From positions 512,001-576,000 of the forward strand of contig CAWJYV010000008.1 in the NCBI GenBank assembly GCA_963847185.1: a stretch of 64,000 nucleotides of DNA, given 5' to 3'. Every line of letters begins with the position of its first letter. Position 1 is the stretch's first letter. The translations under genes and the position numbers were made by a program. The notes under the pieces are model-generated. The model worked only from the letters and a program-made list of their open reading frames with translations. It made no database searches and was not told the DNA's origin. This DNA is from an uncultured Methanosarcinaceae archaeon. GTDB lineage: Archaea; Halobacteriota; Methanosarcinia; Methanosarcinales; Methanosarcinaceae. Positions 1 to 7,624 of the stretch are shown one piece after another.

Positions 1-212
1 AAATTCATTTGGAGGATATTTTTAAAGAAATGATTGTCAAATTAGATCAGGGAGTTTTCAAACCTAATTTGAGATCCTCATTTGAACTTCATAAGTGAAG
101 TGCATAATCTATAGATGAATGAAAAAATATATTATTTTGGCAAAAACGACATTCGAAGCATGAATCGAAGAATGAATTTACTTAAGACAGGTAGAGTTAA
201 GGTTTCTAATTG

Positions 213-777
213 CTAATTTTTAAATATTTTAATGAAAATCGTCTTTATGAAATATGCTCTCTGTCTTGATCCCATAAGCTGTAAACATGTTTTCAATCCA
301 TATTGTAGCTATTTTGGAAAAATTAACGCCAAAATCATGGGTTATTATCAGCTTATAATGGCCTTCGCAATCTGTGTAATCGATAGTATCGATCCAGCTA
401 GTTATCTTGAGATTGACGATCAGCCCATCTATAACTTCTTTTAGACTACATTCCTCAAGAGACTTCTGAAAGTATAACTCTATTGTATATTCTATGGTTT
501 TATTCCGGATAAAAAGCTCACTTAGCAGCTCAATATCAGCAGTTTCTATTAGCAATTTAAATGTAGTTTTTTCGATAATAACTAATGATTTTGCCTTTTT
601 AAGGCGCATCCAATATTTTTCTTCTAGGGATAATGCAGGTCCCTTTTTTGAGCTGTTTTCCAGACATTCCAGTGCAAATTCTAAGGTTTTTTGCTGTGTT
701 TCATATTTTTCGGCTTGTTTTTTTAATAATTCCCAATGTTTCTGCGAGATTGTAGTGGAAATTCGGTGTGTTTTCAA
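213..777 (-). CDS. Hypothetical protein, putative transcriptional regulator (RHH-like N-terminus), divergent from the PatA-like gene; probable frameshift near the 3' end
   Basis: 182-aa ORF 229..777; N-terminus RISTTISQKHWELLKK...LEFALECL looks ribbon-helix-helix-like; a shifted frame at ~240 continues as TIFIKIFKN* to 213. Confidence 0.55.
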
Positions 778-1050
778 AATCGTTCACCCCAAATTTCAGA
801 CTTTTTTGAATTCATACAATTTCTCGAAATCGGGCAAATGATCATATGCTTAAAACCTGCAATTATTTACACATATTTCTACGGTGTTGGACGTATTTGA
901 TTTGAGTACAACCACAAGTAAGAATTAGTTCACTAATTATTTTTCCATCCGCACATCAAACGAATATGCGCATTCTGTACATATGTTATCTGGATAGCAT
1001 ATTTCTACCTGCGTATTTTATTTTAGCTTTGTTCACAGTAAAAAAATGCT

Positions 1051-3239
1051 ATGAGACTTGCAGATCAAAGTGAAATATTGGATGTAATCATGAAATCAAC
1101 AGAGATTATGGAGAACATTGAAGGAGATGCAAATATTTGCATTGCAGTCCTTGACGGTCCGGTTGACCTAAATCATCCTTGTTTCAACAAAACCAAGATA
1201 ACAAAAATAGAAACTTTAGTTTCAGACGTTACTGAGAGAGGACCAAGTGCATACCACGGAACTCATGTTGCTAGCTTAATCTTTGGCCAGCGTAGCAGTT
1301 CCATTCATGGTATTGCTCCTGGCTGTCGTGGACTTGTAATTCCTGTTTTTGCAGATGGGCCTGATGATTCGATTACCCCCTGTTCTCAGATTGATCTCGC
1401 TCACGCCATCACACAAGCCGTTGAACACGGAGCCCATGTAATAAACATCAGTGGTGGGGAACTGGTTTCCTCTAGTGAACCTCATCCTCTACTTGACAAG
1501 GCTGTTCGTCTTTGCGCCGAAAACGGTGTTTTAATTGTTGCAGCTGTGGGAAATGACGGATGCCAGTGCCTCCATGTGCCAGCCGCCATTTCTTCGACCC
1601 TTGCAGTAGGGGCAATGGATGCCCGGGGAATACCACTTGACTTTAGTAATTGGGGGAAGCCGTATCAGATTAATGGTATTCTTGCACTTGGTGAAAAATT
1701 ATTGGGAGCTGTGCCTGGTGGGGATGTCACCATCAGAAGCGGCACCAGCTTTGCCACTCCTATTGTTTCTGGTATTGTTGCTTTGCTGTTGAGCATCCAG
1801 AGACAAAGGGGAAACAAACCTGATCCCCACGCTGTGAGGGATGCCATTCTCCAGAGCGCTTACCCTTGTATCCCTTCCGAAAGTTTAGATTGTTCTCGTT
1901 ATCTAAGAGGCCGTCTCAAAGTTGGAGGGGCATATGATCTTGTCACAAGAAAACAACAAGCTGTGACTTACAGTACTAATTCAGTACAACAAATTCAAGA
2001 GAGTGTGAACGTAAGACTGGTGGAATCTTCCAAAAAACTGCCTGTTCTTGGCGTGCAGAATGCGGAATTCACAACACTTAATCCGGAGATAGCAGCGCCC
2101 TCTACTCTGAGTTCCACTTTGGACGCAATGAAAGCTCTGGAAAATCCTGATTCTATTGAGTCAAAATCAATAGATATAGAGAAGAACGAACAAACGAAAA
2201 ACCAGACACCGGAGGATAATATGACCGAAAATATAGAAGGAACATGTGGTTGTCCAGAAGGAAAGAAGATTGAAGACAAAATTCACGAGCCAACAACTGA
2301 TAAAAGTAAGCTCCAGATCCATGCATCTGATGTACAGGCGACAGAATTTATGATTCCAAACCAAGAGTTTGCTACATCATCTGTCATGCCCTCGGAGGTC
2401 CATCCAGCTGCATGTTCTGCGAATGGACAACAATCCCTCGTATACGCCCTTGGTACACTAGGTTACGATTTTGGGAGCGAAGCACGGCGAGATGCTTTTG
2501 TCCAGAGCATGAAGGATGATAGGCCGAACCCAGACGACCCTGTGCAATTGCTGACCCATTTAGAAAATAATCCTGAGTACGCGGAGTCACTCATATGGAC
2601 CCTCAATATTGAGGAAACCCCTATTTATGCAATCCGCCCTATGGGCAGTTTTGCCTCGAAGACTTACGAGCAGCTACGCGAATTTCTTGATGCACAGCAG
2701 GCAAAAAAAGTAGAAAAAGTTTCGATTCCAGGGGTAATTGTAGGAAAAGTAAAACTCCTTTCAGGCCAGGTGGTACCGGTCATTATCCCAGAACTGCGGG
2801 GAATGTACTGCTGGCGTGAAGAGGCTGTGGTAAAAACTGCAGTGCGTGCAGTGTTAGGTTCGGAGTTCAAAAGTGCCGATGATGATACACTGAAAGCAGT
2901 ACATGCAGGTGCTCGCAACTTCTTAATGCGGGTGTATTACGAGTTCATGAACCTAGGCCGGACTCCACAGGAGCGTGCCATGAACTTTGCCGGAACAAAT
3001 GCATTCCAAGTTGTGGACGTCTTTGAGCAGGCGGTTAAAGAGAGACTGACGCTAGATAGTATTATACGGAAAAAAGCGCGATCTGTAGGCCAGATTCGGA
3101 ATGTTGGGATGTGAAGCTGAAGTTTTTCGATCCGGCCAATATACAACAGGTCGCCAGAAAGGTGTATCGCTTTACTATCGATGTAAGTGACGTGGTGCCC
3201 GTTTCAGTTGGAGAGATACGGTCTTGGTCGGTTTACTAA
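1051..3239 (+). CDS. Cyanobactin maturation protease, PatA/PatG family (PatA-type S8 subtilase plus C-terminal PatA/PatG domain), 1-nt frameshift at ~3064-3075
   Basis: Triad motifs IAVLDGPVD, HGTHVAS, SGTSFATP; CSQIDLAHAITQA and GNDGCQCLHVPAA typical of PatA; C-domain LVYALGTLGYDFGSEARRDAF; the -1 frame 3066..3239 reads TEKSAICRPDSECWDVKLKFFDP...VYRFTIDVSDVVPVSVGEIRSWSVY*, the characteristic PatA/PatG C-terminus. Confidence 0.9.
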
Positions 3240-3258
3240 GCCGGATAAATCTAATTAC

Positions 3259-3293
3259 GTGCCACCAAAGGGGTTCATCGCCTTTGGTGGCAC
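3259..3293 (+). other. Perfect 13-bp stem-loop between protease and precursor genes
   Basis: GTGCCACCAAAGG (3259-3271) / CCTTTGGTGGCAC (3281-3293). Confidence 0.75.
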
Positions 3294-3430
3294 TCACGAA
3301 TTTACAACTATTGTCACTATGATGAGGATGGTGATAATAAGCAGAAACAGTTTGTTTCAAACCGTCACCTGTGTGGTGACAGAACAGCTCCCCTTACGGG
3401 AAAGAACAAAAAGAGATAGGAGGAATTATT

Positions 3431-3640
3431 ATGAAATTAAAAACAAGCAAAACCTGTTGTGAGAAAGTCAGTACAGCGAAAATAGAGTCTGGAATCTGTC
3501 AATCTGGTCTTTGTGAAATGGGTTGCAGTCTAATTCCAAATGCCACTGCAAAGAATATCTGCCTAGCAGCATGTCCAGTAGCAGGCAGTTTAGCAAGCAA
3601 GATTCCGGTGGTAGGCGGGATATTGGGTGGCCTGTTATAA
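3431..3640 (+). CDS. Cys-rich putative RiPP precursor peptide 1 (69 aa)
   Basis: RBS AGGAGG; near-identical to 3653..3865 from AKIESGICQS onward; CX3C-X11-CX3C core; hydrophobic tail IPVVGGILGGLL. Confidence 0.8.
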   Translation: MKLKTSKTCCEKVSTAKIESGICQSGLCEMGCSLIPNATAKNICLAACPVAGSLASKIPVVGGILGGLL

Positions 3641-3652
3641 GGAGGAAATGTT

Positions 3653-3865
3653 ATGAGAGTACCAAAACAAGCAAAACCTGTCATGAGAAATGCCCGTATG
3701 GCAAAGATTGAGTCTGGAATCTGTCAATCTGGTCTTTGCGAAACGGGTTGTAATCTAATTCCAAATGCCACTGCAAAGAATATCTGCCTAGCGGCATGTC
3801 CAGTGGCAGGCGGTTTAACAGGTCTGATTCCGGGAGTAGGCGGGATAATAAGTCGCCTGTTTTAA
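3653..3865 (+). CDS. Cys-rich putative RiPP precursor peptide 2 (70 aa)
   Basis: RBS AGGAGGAAATGTT-ATG; leader MRVPKQAKPVMRN resembling cyanobactin PatE/PatB P-Q-x-x-P-V-x-R leaders; GICQS; CX3C-X11-CX3C. Confidence 0.85.
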   Translation: MRVPKQAKPVMRNARMAKIESGICQSGLCETGCNLIPNATAKNICLAACPVAGGLTGLIPGVGGIISRLF

Positions 3866-3874
3866 TAGCGAGAT

Positions 3875-4099
3875 AGATAGTGCAACAAGAATCGAAGCCA
3901 AAATAGGTCAAATTGAACATTTCCAAGTGAGTGTGGCCTAATTAACAATACCATAAGAAATGCCACATAGCATTTAATGTCGAATGCTTGTGTAGGCAGT
4001 CTTTTTGGATGTAATGCGTTGGGACTTATTGCCAGAACCTTCAAAAAACAACGCGATTGGATAGCTGCAATCAGTATGGTTGCAAGCTATCCCTTATAA
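3875..4099 (+). pseudogene. Heavily decayed precursor-peptide copy 3
   Basis: Shares the 12-mer AAGAATCGAAGC with copy 4; reads RIEAKIGQ...CGLINN...NAT* with frameshift and stop; leader missing. Confidence 0.45.
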
Positions 4100-4141
4100 T
4101 TTCTAGTAGGTATTAAAAACCAGAAATAAGAAGGAAATGTT

Positions 4142-4305
4142 ATGATAGTATCAATGCAGGCAAAACCTGTTATGAGAATGTCAGAAGCAAGAATCGAAGC
4201 AGGAATCAGTCAGTTTAGCATTGCGAAATAGGTTTAACTTAATAAAATGCTGCAGGAAAGGCTGTTTGCCTGGCCGCATACTGCGGTTTTGGAAAGGTTC
4301 TCTGA
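4142..4305 (+). pseudogene. Frameshifted precursor-peptide copy 4
   Basis: RBS AGAAGGAAATGTT-ATG; MIVSMQAKPVMRMSEARIEAGISQFS, then shifted frames give CEIG.NLI..AAGKAVCLAAYCGFGKVL*. Confidence 0.7.
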
Positions 4306-4545
4306 TATTGCTGCAGTACAGACAATTTGTGGATTAATATCTATGTAATCTGGGGCATTTGTTCGTGTTTTTTTAACACACATCTCCCCCACTGATTATT
4401 TGGCAAAAATAATGAAATTGACTTCTTAGAGTTGATGTATAGTTTCGATCGTTCCGGTTGGAAGCTATCTAAATACTCATTTTTTGAGTAGCCCAAAATT
4501 GGGTGCCTCAGAGTAGCCAGAATAAGAACCAAGGAGGAAATTGTT

Positions 4546-4701
4546 ATGAGAACACCGATGCAGGCAAAACCTGTTGTGAGAAATGTCAGTAAGGCAAAAA
4601 TCAAGGTAGGAGTCTGCCAGTCTTCTGATTGCCACGAGAGTTGCAGCACAAAGACAGGGTTTCAGAAGAATTTATGCTTGGAGATGTGCGACTCCGCTTA
4701 A
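4546..4701 (+). CDS. Cys-rich putative RiPP precursor peptide 5 (51 aa; below ORF-track cutoff)
   Basis: RBS AGGAGGAAATTGTT-ATG; MRTPMQAKPVVRNVSKAKIKVGVCQSSDCHESCSTKTGFQKNLCLEMCDSA*; CX3C-X10-CX3C. Confidence 0.85.
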   Translation: MRTPMQAKPVVRNVSKAKIKVGVCQSSDCHESCSTKTGFQKNLCLEMCDSA

Positions 4702-4903
4702 AGATTTTTATGCTGATCAGTTAAAAGATTAACAGAATATGACTACACTTACGGCTTATTCTACCGCAAGCAAAGTAAGACATATTTCATGCTTTTAGTA
4801 TAATGTCCGCTGCTAAATTATTTACAAATACGGTGAAATTTAATGTTAGACGATTGCTAAATAATATAAATATGGTAATAATATATTTTCAAGAGGGGAA
4901 GTT

Positions 4904-5733
4904 ATGGGAAAAGGTATGGCGTTAACAATCGGACTGAATGCCGTCGACCGAAGCATTATGCGGGATGGTCGGGAGAATTGGCTGCATGCGAATTCGATGC
5001 AGTCGATTATGCAGAGATTGCGAAGTCTAGAAATTTTGAGGTTAAGACCCTCCTTACCAAAGAAGCTACCAGGACAAATGTAATCGATGAAATCTCCAAG
5101 GCAGCAAACTCGTCGAAGGCCGGAGATATGTTCATGTTGAGTTATTCTGGTCATGGCGGCTGGTTGACGGATTTGAATGACGACGAAGAGGATGGAATGG
5201 ACGAGACCATGTGTTTGTATGATGGTCATTTAATCGATGACGAATTAAACGCTCTATTTGCAAAGTTCGGTGAAGGAGTTCGAGTTCTATATTCGGACAG
5301 CTGTCACAGTGACGGTTAAAAAATGGTGTTTTTAGAAACGATTGAAAATAAGCCGGAAAACCGAGGAAAAAAATCCTCAAGCTCGTACCGTTACATGCCT
5401 AATGATATTTGATCCGGTTTATATGGCAAACCAGGCTTTTTATAACAAGATATTACAAGACGAAAGCTTATGAATGCCGGGGACGATATCAAGGCTACTT
5501 TGTTGCACATATCGGGATGCCAAGATAACCAGTTTTCGAGAGATGGGATGAGGAACGGCCTTTTTACTTCCAAACTATTATACGTGTGGAAACACGAAGG
5601 TTGCGATAAAAATTACAGACAGTTTTACGATGGAATCTGTAAACGAATGCCATCTACGCAAACTCCAAATTTTTATATCACAGGTAAGATCGATCCAAAA
5701 TTCGAGAAGCAACAAGTCTTTAAGTTTGATTAG
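4904..5733 (+). pseudogene. Caspase-family (C14, metacaspase-like) peptidase, multiply frameshifted
   Basis: MGKGMALTIGLNAVD / KHYAGWSGELAACEFDA; catalytic YSGHGG and DSCHS; C-terminal ISGCQDNQFSRDGMRNGLFT in ORF 5470..5733. Confidence 0.85.
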
Positions 5734-5960
5734 TTTTAACTGTAACTATTCAGTTTATCAGAAGGGGCTTATTGATGAGTTTATCCCAAAACCAAAGTTT
5801 CTTCTCAAATTAATAAAAGTTTTAGAACTATAGTCTATGATAAAAAACTCGATTAATCGTTCATAATTCGAGATTCAGGGAACCGATTTTGAGTTTTGGG
5901 ATGAGCTCTATATTTATTTAATTTTGTAATAACTGAAATCAAGAGTACAGGATTGAAATA

Positions 5961-6956
5961 ATGATAACAAGAAATATGCAAGATACTAAGGATATCGAAA
6001 AAAAACTTCGTGGTTATCTTTTTGGCACAGCCTGTGCTGACGCTCTCGGACGTTCTGTAGAACATCTTACTCTTGAGCAGATTAAAGAAAAATACGGCGA
6101 AAAAGGCATTCTTGAATACCCCCTGGATTCTCCCTGGACTGACGATACTCAATTAATGCTTGTGCTTTCAAGAGGTCTGCTTCGTGGAGCAGAACTTGAA
6201 CTTCCCGAACTTATGGGCCGTATAGCAGAGGAACTTGTGCTCTGGCTGGATGAACCTGATCTGGGAGCAGGAGCAACTTCCAGAGGTGCAGCTCTAAACC
6301 TTAAGGGTGGAGTTCACTGGAGCAAATCCGCAGTCACGTCAAAAACATGCGGAAGCCTGATGCGGGTTGGAATTCTTGGTTTCGTTTATCGGAATGACCC
6401 TGAAAAACTTATTAAAGCTGCCCTGTTATCAGGCAGAATTACTCACAACCATCAGGTTTCAGATGCTGCATCCATTGCAGGGGCATATGCAGTGAAACTG
6501 GCTCTTGATGGAATTGAACCTGAAGAAATGTTTGAACCTCTTCTCAGGGTAACTGAGGGGATTTCTCAGGAATTCACGGATGCCCTGGAGAAATCGTATG
6601 AAACGGCTCATTCCGAACTGGAAAATGAAGATGCATTGAAGAAGCTGGGACAGGGCTGGTATGCAGATGAAACCTTTGCCCTTGCCTATTTCTGTACTTT
6701 GCGTTACCATGATGACTATAAAAAAGCAGTGCAAATTGCAGTAAACATAACTGGAGATTCGGATTCAGTAGGCAGTGTTGCAGGAGGTATTCTTGGAGCG
6801 AAGCTGGGAATTGAGGCAGTGCCTGTCTCCTGGATTGAAGCTCTCAGAGATAAAGAGAAACTGGAAGAAATGATTTGTCCTCTGCTTGAAAAGTATTTTC
6901 AGGTTTCAGGCAGTGAAAACGCTCCTGAGCTTAAAGATTATTGGGATAATAAGTGA
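5961..6956 (+). CDS. ADP-ribosylglycohydrolase family protein
   Basis: ADALG, WTDDTQ, GSLMR, TH and GDSDSVGSVAGGILGA motifs. Confidence 0.9.
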   Translation: MITRNMQDTKDIEKKLRGYLFGTACADALGRSVEHLTLEQIKEKYGEKGILEYPLDSPWTDDTQLMLVLSRGLLRGAELELPELMGRIAEELVLWLDEPDLGAGATSRGAALNLKGGVHWSKSAVTSKTCGSLMRVGILGFVYRNDPEKLIKAALLSGRITHNHQVSDAASIAGAYAVKLALDGIEPEEMFEPLLRVTEGISQEFTDALEKSYETAHSELENEDALKKLGQGWYADETFALAYFCTLRYHDDYKKAVQIAVNITGDSDSVGSVAGGILGAKLGIEAVPVSWIEALRDKEKLEEMICPLLEKYFQVSGSENAPELKDYWDNK

Positions 6957-6965
6957 GGTCCTGAG

Positions 6966-7403
6966 ATGGATTTTTCTGAAAAAGGGGTTTACTGTCTAGT
7001 ATTCGAAAATCAAGAATGTAACCTCGAAATTGGAAAAAAAGGTGAGTTTTCGTTTAGTTCAGGTTTTCACGTATATGTGGGCTCTGCTCTTGGTTCAGGA
7101 GGCTTGAAAAGATTAAAAAGGCATATGGACTTCTCCAGGAATAAAGACCGAAATCCCAGATGGCATGTGGATTATCTTCATTCGAGCCCTTCTTTCAGGA
7201 TGGTTTCAGCGGTTTGTGCCCCTACTCTTTCCAGGCTTGAGTGTGAACTTGCCAGCAGGATCGGAGGGGGTTTTGTGTCTGGCTTTGGATGTACGGATTG
7301 TACATGTAGATCTCATCTTTTTTGCAGGAAAGAAATTCCGATTTCAGAGATTACTGAAGTTTTTGAAAATCTGGGACTTTCAGCTTTTGTGATTGAGCTT
7401 TGA
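6966..7403 (+). CDS. GIY-YIG/DUF123 family nuclease-like protein
   Basis: KGVYCL, YVGSALG, RLKRH, WHVDYL, GFGCTDCTCRSHLF. Confidence 0.85.
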   Translation: MDFSEKGVYCLVFENQECNLEIGKKGEFSFSSGFHVYVGSALGSGGLKRLKRHMDFSRNKDRNPRWHVDYLHSSPSFRMVSAVCAPTLSRLECELASRIGGGFVSGFGCTDCTCRSHLFCRKEIPISEITEVFENLGLSAFVIEL

Positions 7404-7416
7404 GCCTCTTATTTCC

Positions 7417-7482
7417 TTTTCCTATTCTTTTCCTATTCTTTTCCTATTCTTTTCCTATTCTTTTCCTATTCTTTTCCTATTC
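7417..7482. repeat. 11-bp tandem repeat (TTTTCCTATTC) x6
   Basis: Six perfect copies read directly. Confidence 0.95.
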
Positions 7483-7624
7483 TTCTTTTTTTCTTTTCCT
7501 TTCTTTTCCTTATAATTAAAAGGAAAGCTTAAAGTGAAACAAGATTTTATCTTAAAATAAGTTATCTGAAAAACAAGATTTTTCTAAGTTACTAAAATTA
7601 TATTTGTTTAATCAGGGGACTTCT

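Noticed and set aside
3064-3076. Programmed -1 ribosomal frameshift in the PatA-like gene
   Set aside because: The zero-frame context CGG AAA AAA G does not fit the X XXY YYZ heptamer well, no stimulatory structure is evident, and nearby genes have similar deletions.
5961-6956. DraG-type nitrogenase regulation by ADP-ribosylation
   Set aside because: No draT is present, the gene is ~30 kb from nifH, and methanogen nitrogenase switch-off uses NifI1/NifI2, which are present.
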